64,000 nucleotides of DNA from Takakia lepidozioides. Its lineage: Eukaryota; Plantae; Bryophyta. Shown in pieces: positions 1-13,560 of this stretch (position 1 is its first letter; each line of letters begins with the position of its first letter). The stretch spans positions 52,390,001 to 52,454,000 of the forward strand of contig CM060734.1 of NCBI GenBank assembly GCA_030704615.1, written 5' to 3'. The notes beneath the pieces were generated by a model. That model made no database searches. It was given only the letters and a program-made list of their open reading frames with translations, and was not told where the DNA came from. The translations under genes were made by a program, and so were the position numbers.

Positions 1-226
1 AAGACAGGTTTATGATACAAACAAGGGTGAGCTATCACCTAAGCCCAAGGAAACTTTTTCTACACCTTGTTTCTAAACAGGCGATAACTTCACACCTGCT
101 TCATAAACACTGGCATTTGGACACAGCCTGTTTAAGCACTCTGTGGCCCATATGCCTAGTTTGGACAACATGTGAAGGCAAAGTTCAACCAATTGAGAAG
201 GTCCAGTAAGACAGACACAATCTCAC

Positions 227-3024
227 GTCATTGACAGTCAGGCGGAGCCTAGCAAGGGCCTCTGCAACAGTCATCTTTAGAGTGTTGACTCGAACATAAC
301 GAGGCATCAATGGACCTGCACACTCATGCAACAAAGTACACATAAATAGGACTATTATGAAGTGAATCAGCAACATGCAAGCAACTTACTAGCTCAAGAT
401 TTACATTCGCTGTGCCCTATCGATACACCATCAACTAAAGAGACCTTCCCAACAAGACTTGGGAAGGTTACCTTGGCCAGAATAATAACCCAATATGACA
501 AAGGCAACTGGACCCAAGTAAAAGAGGTTCATTACAAACAAACCTAACACCTTACATACAAACAATCATCTACATAAAATGCAGATGGGACAAACTAGCT
601 AAGGCATACCAACAGGTAGGAAAACAAATCTAGGGGGTGGCATATGAAGTTCATTTTCGTATCAACTACTGATGAATGACTGACATTGGGTAGCAAAGGA
701 TACCAGGGCTTCGCACTTCTGAGGGCAACAACTCCTCAGCACTTGACACCTTGTTCCTTACAAGAAGCCGAGCCAATCCAGCACGCAAAGCATTTTTCCG
801 TGCTAGGACCGTCCTCTCCGCATCACCGGATGGCGCCAGCTCCTATCCATCACCCACCTTACACCATGATGCTTATATCTCAGTGCCCCGACTACACTTT
901 CCTCTCTGGTTAGAAAGTACGACACCAAATGCATCTAGCAACTGTTTCATTCTATATTATTGCTGATTCATAAACCTATAAAATTTTCCCCTTCTCTCCC
1001 TCCTTTTCTCCATTCCTCAACAGCTTGCAATAATCCTAACACCAGCTATCAGTTTCAACACAACAGATGCAGCATAAATATAAGGAAAGTTTCCCTACAA
1101 GGAACCAGCCTACCTGCCAGCACTCCTGGGATTGAAATCCAACAACAAACAGGGTGCATAGACTGTACAGTGAACTTGTAACTTGCTTCGCCAGTGTCTA
1201 GAAGAGAACCTGGCCAAACAGAAGGTCACACGCCAGCACATACACAAGCTCCACTGGCAACTGCAACCAAACCATTTCCAGCCATTAGACTGAACTCCTT
1301 TTCCAATCCAGAAATCCAATGAAGGAATAATAGAACATCTGGGTGATTATGGTTCAATGGTCCTCTATTCTAAACCCTGAAGACTAGATACTCATCAACA
1401 GACATATGTAGCCTTGACCATTCGGAGAGTAATGACTGAAAAGGTAAATTGGTTCACATCTGCCAGAAACCCACGTGCATTAAGAGTGTCTGATGAGATA
1501 CATTGTCTGGATCATTTGAGTGTTCCAATATGGACAAATGCCCCACACATTCAGGAAAAAAAATTGCTCTAGAGGACAGCAAAATCTGCTCAACAGTTGA
1601 TTCAGTAGAACTGGCTTTTTGAGGTGAGGTCCTGCTTAGGCAATGTGCAAAGTCCAGAACTTTAACCAAGCAATCACCTTGCTGCTTGTGTACATCCATC
1701 CATCTATGGCATTCCGATTCACATACTATGTTTCGTTTGAAACGTCAATTTCACGTCACCCCCTATCCCAAGGCACTGCCTGACAGACATGCATTTCACT
1801 TCAGAATTCTTAGAGCTGTGCTGTTAACAATGACTAGTTCATCTCTTCCATGTTCAATTGGGAGGTTTTGAAATTACTTGGAAGAGCGAAACACTTAAAT
1901 ATCAAACTTAAGATAGCTAGTTGTCGAAACAGCCTAAACTAAGCATCCAGTCACTTTCTGCATCCAACCAACTTAACTCACAGACTTGTGCCACTTACAC
2001 GGAAAATCAATCGATAATAAAAAGAAAGTCAAGCACCTGGCGCTTGACGCTAAGCAAGTCCGTTTTCGCCAGCACCTCCTTCAGAACTGGCAAGTCTGTT
2101 TCCGACACAAGTGCATGGATCACATCAAAGGATTATCACGACAACTTTCCAGAGATCACTTTGGCACCCAATTCAAAGTAATTGGGTTATTATAACCCTA
2201 ACTTCTTTGGCCCCTCTTGCTTGCATTCTTTCCTCCAACATTGCAGATCCATGTCATTTTGGTTCTTCCAGCTAGCAAACCAACTTGCAGGAGGAGACAT
2301 AGGTAGCAACCTGAGGAATCTCCATGACATTTCAGCCAGTTCCTTCATGTCGTTCTCAGTTTGGGCATTTTGAGTACAATGGCAGCCCAATGGTGGCATT
2401 TCAGGAGTTGTTGAGTTTCATCAAGGTTGAGATATCCAACGTTCATATCCCTGGAGCAGGTATAAGGGTTCAAGCCCAAATGTAGTGGCAATTTCTCTCA
2501 CCCACCGACCAGTTGTCCCTAACAGAAAATAGGCAGCTACTAGCCTGCCCTACACTTCGCTAGCAACTCTGAAAGAAATAGGTGTGAATGACTCATGGAA
2601 CTCTCATAAGCAGACTGTTGGCTGATCCATGTGCAACGACAATGCCCTCGACATTTTGACCTGTTTGTCTCTGGTAAGACATGAGGGATTATGTGATTCT
2701 TTCTCAATCCTCTGCACATGAAAGGAAAGGAGCTTTCCGACGTCCAAGGGGCCAGAGAAACCAAAACTGTAAACCACCCATTCGTCAAAGCACAGCATCG
2801 TGTGGGTGCTCACATTTCAGAGTTTGACAGGTGAGAGCGAGAGTAGCCTTTTTGGCTACCACCGAAGGTACATAGATGAGGGACCGGATGGAGGCCGTAG
2901 CATGGCGATCCGCATCGCCTTTGAGCATGGCTTGCACCACTTTGGCCGCCTGCCGCCTCACCCGCTGCAGCAGCTGCGCCCGCATGCCCGACCCCCCGCC
3001 TCTTACGCCCGATCCCTCCGCCAT
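227..3024 (-). CDS. NSUN5: NOP2/Sun-family 25S rRNA cytosine-C5 methyltransferase (NSUN5/RCM1-like), 5' part; continues beyond window start
   Basis: GT-AG exons 3024-2814, 2095-2037, 1260-1210, 842-704 and 315-227 join in frame: RRQAAKVVQAMLKGDADRHATASIRSLIYVPSVVAKKATLALTCQTLK-YLPVLKEVL..-ELVYVLACDLLFGQ-..-PRYVRVNTLK, the typical plant NSUN5 N-terminus. Confidence 0.9.
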
Positions 3025-3421
3025 CGCCTCCCCTCTCACTCACACACCACTCAATCTCCTCACCGGCTCAATACTTCCTCATAGCAACAGCCCAACAGAA
3101 AAACTCGACATTTGCACAAAGTCCGTTGTTTGTCTGACGTGGGGTTTCGTCATTCGGAATAAGAGTTGAAGGTTAATTTACTACCGGTGCCCAGAAGTGA
3201 CCGCCCGCCAGTTCTAGTTTCTAGTTTCTCGTTTCTACTTTGCTTCGAGAGTAGCAACGTAGCAACCCACCAGGGTTCGTTCTGGTCTTCGGTGCCTAGA
3301 GAGGGAGAAGGAGAGAGAGGGTGCTTCTGTGATATAGTTAAGCGTGGGAGGAAGATCTCTGACAGTAGTGGGTTGTTTGAGCACTTTTGTTTGTGGGTTT
3401 GTGTGAGAGGAGAGGGTGAGA

Positions 3422-4879
3422 ATGCTGGGACGGCAAGGAATCAGATCCGGGCTGCGGGCATGGACAACTGCCCGTCCGATGCTGGCACGCCCATATGCCG
3501 ATGCACCGTCAGGAGAGAAGGCTCCTGCAGAAGCCCTGGTTTCTGAGCAATTCAAGGCCGACTGGAAGAAGGTTGCTCCAAATTTTGATATGCCAAAGTT
3601 CCCTACCAATTTCATGGCGACCCGGCCCCCAGTGCCAAGCACCATCCCTACAAAGCTCACCGTCAACTTTGTGCTTCCTTATCAATCCGAGCTTCAGGCT
3701 AAAGAGGTGCGTTTACAGCCATAGATCGTCGGGTAAGACTGTCCCCGCCTCCTTCCTCCTCCTCCTTCTCTCGCGTCCAACCACAGAAACAATATATCGT
3801 GCAATGGTTTATGCGGGCGTCATACGATCACCTGGTTCATGAACTCCATGGTGTTACTAGGAGTAAGTGTTGCATTTGAAGAAAGGGAGAGAGCATTTGT
3901 CAGAGGAGATAGAACTGGGGAAGGAAATGCAGGTTGTGCATTGCTGTACTTGACGAGACCATTTGGTTTGTGAATCACTGGCACTGTCAATTAAAAGTAC
4001 TTGATGTTATTGAGTGAGCGAACAGAACTAGGGTTACCCTAAAGATCGATTCGCCTGTTATGCTCAAAATCTGGGAAGGCAGATGCTCAGTAACATACAA
4101 AGGCAGCCATACTAAGGCTTTGAGTTTTAGTGTCAACAGATGGCACTCTTGCAAAGAAACACAACAGCTTCCGCCAGCAGTGTAGGGAGAATGCAAGTGA
4201 GTTGGAAATCATAGTGTCACATATCCACATGCTCATCACTACAGCACATCTGCTTCATCTAATGCTCTCTGCAATACATTGAACAATTCTAAGCTTGCCT
4301 TGGAAACGTATGGAGTTAAACAGTAAATACTTTGTCCAATTGTACCCTGTGAACCTGTCTGTCCAGGAACCTCTATGGTTGGCTGGACTATTGACTCAGA
4401 GACATTTCGTCCAGAATAAGTCACCCCAACACCTGCGATCCAACCTCATCCAGCTTTTAAAGAGGATCGGTGCTTGAGCTCATCAGCATTATTGTAATTG
4501 ACCTGTCATGTGGGGTTCTCCATGTTGACAGGTAGACATGGTGATCGTGCCAGCCACGTCAGGCCAGATGGGAGTGCTGCCAGGGCATGTACCAACCATT
4601 GCAGAGCTAAAGCCTGGCATTCTCTCTGTTCACGATGGTTCTGAGGTGAAGCAATACTTTGTGAGCAGCGGGTTTGCGTTCGTTCATGCTAATTCTGTTG
4701 CCGACATTGTGGCTATCGAGGCTAATCCGTTGGACAGATTTGACCCTGAAGAGGTACGCAAAGGGGTGGCTGAATATGCGCAGAAAGTCAACTCTGCAAA
4801 AGATGATCTTGAGAAGGCAGAAGCCCAGATTGGGCTTGAGGTTCACAGCGCATTGCAAGTTGCATTGGGTATCTCCTAG
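3422..4879 (+). CDS. ATP16: Mitochondrial F1 ATP synthase delta subunit (2 exons: 3422-3706, 4532-4879)
   Basis: Arg-rich presequence, then [12 protein letters not shown]|[42 protein letters not shown]; phase-0 GT-AG intron. Confidence 0.95.
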
Positions 4880-7359
4880 ATGGGTTTGAGTGATGGTTTC
4901 ATTCATTCGCGAAGGAGACAAGGCTTGTCATGAACTGTGAGGCAGGGGAGTATTAGGATGTAAAATATGTGCCAGTGGATCTGATGGAAGAATGAGTTGG
5001 TTTGGGTTTCCCAGCACTGGCATCATATTTTCTAAGTCTCTCGTCTGTGGGACACATGTTAGAATGCCTCTTGTGCAAGATTTTGGACACATCTTGTATC
5101 ACAAGCGGAATGCAACGAATGAACTTGATGTCTAGGTTGTGTGACTCTTTGTTCTGAATTCAATACCAAATAAACATTACTTGCCCTGTTCAGAGTGAAT
5201 TGTCCAATAGACATCTACTGCACAAAGTTGTCAGAGGTGAGGTTTCAACTTGGCCAGTGCTATACCATGCTGCATTGCCAGCTGCTCACAGGGATTGGTG
5301 AATCAAAGTAAGTGGTAGGACTCGTCAGTTTGAGCCCTATTTTCAGAAATAGGTAGTCAGCGACATTATAAAGCACCTGCCCTGCATGAGACTCTGCAAT
5401 TTTTGGACCTGCCCTCAGGTGGGTCCTCAAATTGTGGAATCTCCTGGGGCAGGTGCTTGACTCTATACAAGAATTATTTTGCGGAGTGTTGTGGCAAAAG
5501 CCCAATTCACATGAAGAGATGAAAATAGAGCTTCAATCAGCTTATCACCAAGGATGGAAAATGTCTTTCTGAAATGGCTTAAGTTTGCAGCTGCAATTTT
5601 TCTCTGGTGCAATTAAGTCTTCTACCCAATCCCATGGAGCTTGTGTTGTGCCAAAGTCAGCAGCCCCAAAACTTTACCTCGGCAGGTGTGGAGGGCCCAA
5701 AGGTAGGGGTTTGCACTTCACTTCGCAAATTGTGCAACCCAGCAATGCACAATGCACAACGACCTCTCCTGGACGGCTGCTAGTCATAGCCGCATTACAC
5801 AACCGGGCTAAGAGAACAATCCTTGCAAAGTATTGAAAAGAGCGAACATGCAAACATTTCTGCGATGGGTCGGATGGGAGAATGCAGGCGGGGATATAGT
5901 GTAAAGTGTCTGGAACCCTAACTAGTTCACCACATGAAGGCAAAGAAGTGCGAGCAAGAAGATCCGCCATCAAATTGCAAGTTGAATTTTGAAATTTGGA
6001 TCATGCATACATCCCAAGATACTAGGAACAAATCCACCAAGGGACACTTAAAAGTTGAATAGCATGTGGATGAACCTTGCCAAACAAAAACTTGACCAGT
6101 TATGTATGACTAAGTCTCTTTATGCTTAATCTTCTTGATTAAATTCATATTGTTGTTTAGGTCCTAAAAATTCTAATGCTCTTCACATGTGGAAAGCTCA
6201 ACTGGCCACTGACCCACATCACATTTTTTGTAAGAAAAGAGGAGGAAGCTCTTCCATTTGGAAACACAAAGAAAAATGTAAAAACTATGGACTTAATCCA
6301 TGGGGGCGATGTCTGACAACACAGTCCACATGATTTTGTCATGTCAAATCTTCCCCACCTCCTCTCAAGGTTGACACAGATTGGAGTGACGCAAAAAGTG
6401 GTGATGTACATGATAGAGTTATACATGGAGTGACACTTGAGTAAACAAAGGAAAGACAGTAACATTAAAGCAGATTTGACAAAATGATTTTCATAATTCA
6501 GTTTTTTCCTTGGGCACTATGGGCGGTCTACCGGCCCACTTGATTACAGTGAGAGGAAAAACTAACCTTTTTCCAAGTAACCTTGCATGAGCACAAAGCA
6601 CAAGGCTTAAGGCACAGCCCAGCAAAAGGGAATAATACCACATAATATCACCTGGGTGGTATAGAGTGGGTGGCAAAATATTAGTGACGTCTCATAGTCA
6701 TAGATTCAAATCCAAATTCATTGAAATATCTTGAGCTGATTTGTAAAATGCTATAAATCTTAAGATATAATGAGTTAGAGTCTAGAATTTATATTGTCAC
6801 GAATTGAAGCCATCATTTATTCCCCACCACAATCGTCGTATTCTTCAAACAAATCATTTCATAGCCATCATATCACTGACCACCATTTATCACCAACTAA
6901 AGAAAGTTAGAAAATAACCAAGGCACGGTGTAATCCCCCTATCCATCCCTCCCTCCCTACTCTTATAAAACCCACCCCCAAAAAAAGGGTAATGGCAAAG
7001 TGGTGTTCAATTACCCTAGCATTGGTTGGAGACTTTTTTTCTTTTTACATTGTCACGTCTACATCTTCGATCTAAGCTAGACCACATTTGTCCTCAATGA
7101 GTAGTAAAGCTTTTAAATTGAGAGATTTCTTCAGAGTGAAGAATATAAACAGATGATAGTGGAACTTACTATATTTTTGGATCATTTTCTTCAAACTTGA
7201 CTGATTTTGCACAATGGTTTCTTATGCGCATACGTATTGCTACACAATTACATCGTTGTCCAAACCACAGAACACTTGATACACAACAAACTAGTTTGCC
7301 ACAATGAAATCAAACATAAAACAAAACATGAACCTTTTGCATTTCACTCATAAAAACAT

Positions 7360-7594
7360 GGAGCCAAGCCATGTGCACCCCAAGCTGTAGGGAATCCACA
7401 TGACGCGCCATAGCTAGAGGCAGAAGGCTCAACTTGAGAAAGCTCAGCCTCACCACAACTGTCGTGAGGATAACCACACCCAGGTGCCTAACACCATTTT
7501 CATCCCTGGTTTGGCACTTGGGTCAAACTCCAAGTGCCAATATATAAAAACTATTTATTTTCTAGCTAGTTTCACACTAGAAGTTAACTTGACA
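7360..7594. repeat. Dispersed repeat, LTR-like remnant; homologous to 49300-49532
   Basis: Shared blocks aggctcaact.gagaaag, gataaccac.cccaggtgcc, cacttgggtcaa, caatatataaaa and tattttctagcta; both copies end taacttgaca. Confidence 0.55.
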
Positions 7595-8014
7595 TGGTCA
7601 AGTACATTTTCTTGGTCATATTGGCTTTACACTATAGAGCAAGACCAACAATGTTAGGAATGACATGGCGTCTAAGTGGATTATGGCGGGAGATTGTTGG
7701 TCTATGGACCAAGAAAAGAACCCATGTAGTTTAGAGGACCAATTCTCGGACCGGGACCAAGTATGGAAGCACTAAACTATAATTTTTGTAAATGATCTTG
7801 ATCCTAACCGTCAATTAGACCCAATCTTGAGTGTCGAGTGGGAAAGATGAACGTGAAGTTGATACATCTCATTTTAAACTTCTTGGTCGTGGTCCAAGGC
7901 CTTTAGACTTTAGGAGTTCCTGGGATAGTAATATTTTAATATGCATCTAGGGACCAAGATGTGGACCAATTGGAATCAAACTAGCGGTAAGTGCCCCTCA
8001 AGAAGAAGTAAGAG

Positions 8015-8241
8015 TTGCACATCGGCTGCTGGTAAGTGCACAGTGTATCGCCCTGGTGGTTCGGGGTTCAAACCCGCTGCCCTTCCTAGTGTGTGGATTG
8101 TCCGTGATTGGTTATTCTGGTGGTGGTGACGTTTCCCTCTTGTGTGCCCAATGGCTTATCTGAAAGGCGGTTAATTTTTCCCTCTCTTCGAGGGCATGAA
8201 TTGTGAGCAGTCGCTCCCTGTTTCCTTTGGAAAAAAGAAAA
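8015..8241 (+). mobile_element. tRNA-derived SINE-like element with a LINE-type 3' end
   Basis: Pol III B-box ggttcaaacc (~8085); 3' ggttaatttttccctc..gtgagcagtcgctccctgtttcc followed by an A-rich tail. Confidence 0.55.
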
Positions 8242-8369
8242 GTAAGAGCTTAATTTTATAAATTAATTATAAATAAAAGTAAATCATCCTTATTTTACAG
8301 GAGCCATTACACAACTCGTCACTTGTTCATGTCAGCCTTGACTCCATCCGAATCTCAATTCTTACAGGG

Positions 8370-8540
8370 CCTCCATTTATTTTTTAATTTTTTTAAGGGG
8401 AACACTTGGGAGCGACAACTCACCATATCAGGCCCCTTAATTATAGTGAGAGGAAAAAATAACCTCTTTCGCCATGAAGGCTTTTGCATGGGACACCTCC
8501 CAAGAAGGGGGAGAAGAACATACCACAGCCATCAAGGTAG
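8370..8540 (-). repeat. Non-LTR retroelement 3'-end remnant; related copies at ~6530-6670(-), 13650-13990(+), 19200-19290(+), 36375-36500(+), 53900-54050(-)
   Basis: Recurring motif ggttwtwwttttttccc, then agggcc..ccc, then an A-rich tail. Confidence 0.6.
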
Positions 8541-9117
8541 CCTCCACTCAGATTATAAAGGTCACTTCACACTTGCCACTAGCATAGGGTCATCACCACG
8601 ACATGCATATTTTAAGCTACCTTACCTCTGTTCACACCTATAGTTATCATTCTGGGCTATTTTCCGTTGGTAACTAACTATCTCAGTGTTCATACTTGCC
8701 ACGAATTATCAACAAAACGTAGCATCACATCACACATGTAACTATCTGCATTCATGACTACAGCACAGTGTCCCTGGTGATTGCTCCGCCACAATCCGTC
8801 ATTTCACATTTGTGCTCACCTTGAGTAGCGTCGATTCCATCAACTGTACACCACATGAGGCCATTGCAAGCTATTCTGCTCGCGCAATTCTTTCAGCTTG
8901 TTTACAGATGCAGGATGTTCTGATGTTAGGTTTTGCAGAAAGCCAGGAAATGTGTAGCTCGCTGAACAGTTGAAACTACTGAAGCCTCCGACATTTCTGA
9001 TCAAGACAATAGGTTGATATTCCAAAAAATGATGAACTCCCTCATTCTCCATCAGTATAGACTGTCGTGTTATATGAGTTGTTAGGGAGTAAAGATTTAG
9101 GGGACTGGGTCAAAGCC

Positions 9118-10242
9118 AGATCCACTACATGGTACTCACAATTCCTGATGGTGTAGTATGACAACCATCGTTGGATAGAGCATTTCCGCGTGAGTAGATC
9201 GTTTGTGAGGCAATTAACTGAAAAATTTTAGCATCTGATGATAAAAAATGACACTAGATATCGATTAGTTGTCCCTGTAGGCATCCGTGTTGCTTGTTTT
9301 CTCTACGAGTTGGCCCATGCCTCCGAGTACCTACACTGTAGCGAGTTGTTTGCTATAGGAAAGTCAACAATTCATCTTGTAGGGAGTTCGTGTGCGTTGT
9401 GAATATAGTTTTCAAGAACCAAAGGAGGTGGCCGCAAGGGAATAACCTACAATATGTACAATTTGGCTTTAAAGAACTGTGTGGTCTGCCATCTATTGTA
9501 GGTGCTATAGATGTGACGCAGATCCATATACTGAAACCTAAGGGACAAGTGTTTGCTGCCGATTACTACAGTTTCAAAATCGAAAGCATATTCAATGCAA
9601 ATGCAGGTAGTGGTTGATCATGACAAGAGGTTTCATGACATGTATGTGGGCATGTCGGGTTCAATGAACGATGCACGAATTTTGAGACTCTCTTCCTTGT
9701 ACCAGAAAGCCACTTACCACGACTTGTTTTCCTTTGATTACAGTCAAGATAAAGTGCGACCTTACCTCATAGGGGACAAGGGATATCCCCTCTTGCCCTG
9801 GCTGATGATCCCCCATAAGCAAACAGGGGTGCACCACACAATGATTGAAGCTTTATATAATAGACAACTTTGTCGTGGAAGAAGTGTCGTGGAGAATTCG
9901 TTTGGGATTTTGAAAAAAATCTTCAGAGAACTACTTATCAAAAACCTGAATATCCTTTTCATTCCGGATATGGTAGTTTGTTGTTGTTTGCTTCACAATA
10001 TGATTCTAGATGGTAAAGATTCTGATATCAACGCTTTGATGCTCCAACTAGAAGTAGAGAATAGAATGGATCAACCAGGTGTAAGGAGGGAAGAAGACAA
10101 GTGGATACAAGCAGAACGGCCCATGGAATTTGACGTAGAAAACGTCCCTCTTCAAGCTAATGAGATTTCAGGGAATGCACAACGTGTGATTTTACAACAG
10201 TATCTTGGCAATCATCGGCCTCAAAATCGTCTAAGGCGTTGA
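9118..10242 (+). pseudogene. PIF/Harbinger transposase (HARBI1-like DDE nuclease), disrupted
   Basis: HFRVSR..CSELFAIGKST, GAIDVTQIHI, QVVVDHDKRF..GSMNDARILR, YLIGDKGYPLLPWLMIP, RGRSVVENSFGILK, CCLLHN; stops and frameshifts in the 5' half. Confidence 0.9.
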
Positions 10243-10469
10243 ATAAGCCTGGCAGAAGCATTTGGCTCAAAGAAATGATGTTCAATCTATTCTAGGCCAC
10301 TGTGAAGTTGACAATATTGCAATGAACTAAACTGAATGTGTTATACTCTCATTGGAGTGGCCATTTCTAAGACTCTCATCTTGGCAATACAAATGGCTAC
10401 ATATATCACTGTGCAATGGCTGAACTATATTGGTTGAATTGAATGTGTTTGCGTACCGGCCAAGCTGAA

Positions 10470-12150
10470 TGAGCATCAAGAAGCCTTAGCTAGGTCTCTG
10501 ACATGTTCTTGATCATCCTCTGAAGAATCTGACATAACAACTGCTGGTGGAATGAGTTCTTTGTCGTTGATGAAAGCATAGCACATTGTCGTGCTGAGGT
10601 TCGCCAAGACACTCACCATGTTCTTCGATGTTCTGTGTAATTTTCTGTCTCTTGACTTCCATTATTCTAGCTGATTCTTCCAAGTGCGGTCCTGGTTTTC
10701 TTTGCGGCGCTCTTCAATTTCGATCTGGGTATGGTTCATGCGGTCCATGGCTTCAACGATCACCTTATTATTCTTGTCAGTTGCCTCTATGACAGGTGAA
10801 AAAATGCTCGTCCTCTTACGCTTCTGTCCTGTACTACCGTTTGATACCGGAGTAGTTGGCAATTGATTTCTTGCCGAGGGTGTGTCAACAAGATTCACGA
10901 TATGAGGCCGAACCTGCGACTCTTCTAGGTCATCCAGATTGACAAAATTTGCTCCATGGATAGGTCCCAGATTGCTTTCACTACTTATTTCATGCACTTG
11001 TGCTCCTTCGGGTACAAAATCATCGCCTAGAAATTCTGCCATAAGGGAACCTCCAGGCTGCACTGAATGGGAACCTCCAAGCTGCACCGAATGAGAAGCT
11101 GCCACGTATTGATTTTTGTTTTTGGCTCAATTTTGTTCTGCGGGTTCAGGCATCCCACCGCTACTCCCCCGCCAAAATTTGGACCAATAAAAAATGTCCC
11201 AAAAAAAAAAGTATTCGCTTCGTTCACTATTGTAGAACTCTCTATGAAGAGTGCATGAAGTAGAACACAAATCAAGTTTGGAGTGCAAAACTGGGAAGAA
11301 AATGTGGTTTTGGGTCCAAATGAATTTTGTTTGCTCCCAAATTTGGCACGCACATTGCATATGGAGTATGTGTACCATGCAAGAGGTTCCAGAGTAATAT
11401 GAGATCAATCGAAATTCTTTCAATGGGCCAACGGATGGTTGTCCATCCAAATGATTTGCATTCACTTCGAGACTTGGCCAGTATATTCAACGTACCATCT
11501 CACAAGTCCCAGAGTAATATGATTTCAATCAAAATTATTTTTGATTGCTATTGAAGCTTTCCAGGGTGAGAGAATCATGAACACCCCTTTATATGTGAGG
11601 GATTCAAGTGTTGAGGGGGACAACGATAATATTCACGATGGAATTATCTCGGGAGATGGTACCTGTCACGTTCTTCAATTGAGAGATTCCAGTAATGAGT
11701 GTTTTGACCAGTTCCCTTGTGATAGTCAGACAGTTTCTTGTAGTCGCTATTCACTCCATTCCATTTATCCTTGGCCATTTTTCAATTGCGAGGTTCTTTG
11801 GAACGTGTCAACTTCTGAAGTTCTTCAACAATTTTATTCCATTTTTGGCTGCAGGAACCATGTGAGAGCGGGGATCAGCTAGGTGCTTTTGTGCAACATG
11901 CTCGGCATGCTTACACTTGATTAGAGCAAGAACTTCTGAATGCTCCCAATTGCCTTTGCGCTAGCGAGGAGGTCCATTTCCCCGACCCCTGCCCCTTGCT
12001 ATGGTGCTTCTTGCGTTTCCTACCATCGCCATAGTGTTTCCAGTGTTTCCTACCATCATTGCAGTGTTTCCAGTGTTTTCTGATGTCGCTACAGTGTTCG
12101 CCATCGCCAAGTGTAGCTTGCGGGTAGGAGCACGGGGAGAAGATCAATGG
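10470..12150 (-). pseudogene. Harbinger ORF2 (Myb/SANT trihelix DNA-binding protein), disrupted
   Basis: RKGNWEHSEVLALIKCK..WNKIVEELQK..KDKWNGVNSDYKKLSDYHKGTG..YWNLSIEERDRYHLP at ~11640-11960; coiled-coil-like C-terminal ORF 10662-11105; convergent with the nuclease. Confidence 0.8.
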
Positions 12151-13102
12151 CGGGATTAGTAGCTAACACCTGTGTTTCAAAATGATAGCTAACAATTGCT
12201 GGTAGGATTTGAAATCTAGGAATTATGTGGATTTAATTATCCCTAGTGATTGATATTCACGTTGCTACTTTCTAGCGATAGGTTGAGTGATAGTGACCGA
12301 CACATCATCAATTTTTTTGTGCTAGGGCGCATGTGTGAACTGTGGGTAGTAAATCACGATTTATCATTGGGGATACCTGCAAGTGTGAACTGACCTTAAT
12401 AATAAAAAAAACATTGCTTCATTTACTTTTGAGAGGTTGGGTAGCATGTGAGCACATGCAGCGGGCGTGAGCACAAAGGCATATTCCAAATATTCCCAAA
12501 GATTTTGGAGAATATGCGATTGCGAAACCAAAATGCACTTACGCGGTAAGAAACACGAAACTATCTTAGAACCATGCTCACGCGAAAAAATCATGAAATT
12601 AATCGTCCAAAGCTTACCTCACGTGAGTACAAAGACCCACAAATATATCTGCCAAAATCAAAGATCAGCGCATGTAAACAATGTGGCAAGAACCACCCAA
12701 AAAAAAAGGTTTCGCCAGCGAAACTTGGATTTTCGCCAGCGAAATTTGGTTTCGTCGGTGAAATTGGGGTTTGGTTTTGGTTTTTGTTTCTTTTTTAAGG
12801 TTTCTCCTTTTCACCTCCTTCTATATGTCTAACATTATATTGAAACACCATGGAGAGCCTATTAACGTAGAAAGACCCTATGTCCATCTATTATACGTAT
12901 TTCCGCTGACATACATATAACCGTGGATCCTGATCACACGGCAATTTTTTTCTCATGCCGTTTGTGCTCGCGCGGTACTAACATACCCCCCCCCCCCCAA
13001 CTTTTGAGAAAAAAAGAACCATAGGGTAGTGTGTGCTTCATACTGCTTGTGATATAGGAATTGGTGCTCCAATTCCTTACAACAACAGCAAAACTAAGGG
13101 AA

Positions 13103-13560
13103 ATGGCAGGTACCAAGCGGAAGGCACCAAGTTCTTATGCGCAAGTGAATTTCAAAATCAGCCCGGCGTTGCGGAAGATCGAGCAGGACACAGAGACACA
13201 GGAGACGTTGGATAGTCTTGGCCTGCGATACTTCATCATCACGCTGGACTGAAACCTTAAGCACGACGAGCTGTGCAGGGAGTTTTTGGAGAATTACAAC
13301 ACCAGCACTCGAAGCACAAATGTCAGCGACACACACATTCTGCTGACGGAGAAGTACTTGGCGGAAGTGTTTCACCTTCCCAGTCTGGACGTACCGCAAA
13401 CCTCCAAGGTTTGTATTTGCAGATTTGTTTGAGAATCTCAACCAAGCCGATCAGGGCTACACATGCAGTCACAGCAAAAGCCCCGGCTTTAGGAAGATAG
13501 CCCCGGTACTTAGCACGTTGCTTTGCCTCAGGCAAAACCACAACTTCGCCGGCCCGATTG
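13103..13560 (+). pseudogene. Remnant resembling an LTR-retrotransposon accessory ORF
   Basis: MAGTKRK..LGLRYFIITLD*NLKHDELCREFLENYN..HILLTEKYLAEVFHLP with an in-frame stop; the (L)xREFxxN..IxxxxxxxVFxLP pattern resembles plant transposon proteins. Confidence 0.35.

Noticed and set aside
5260-6465. Several 80-100-aa ORFs
   Set aside because: No recognisable domain or consistent exon chain
7700-7980. Cluster of ggacca motifs, possibly a MITE
   Set aside because: No clear TIR or TSD found
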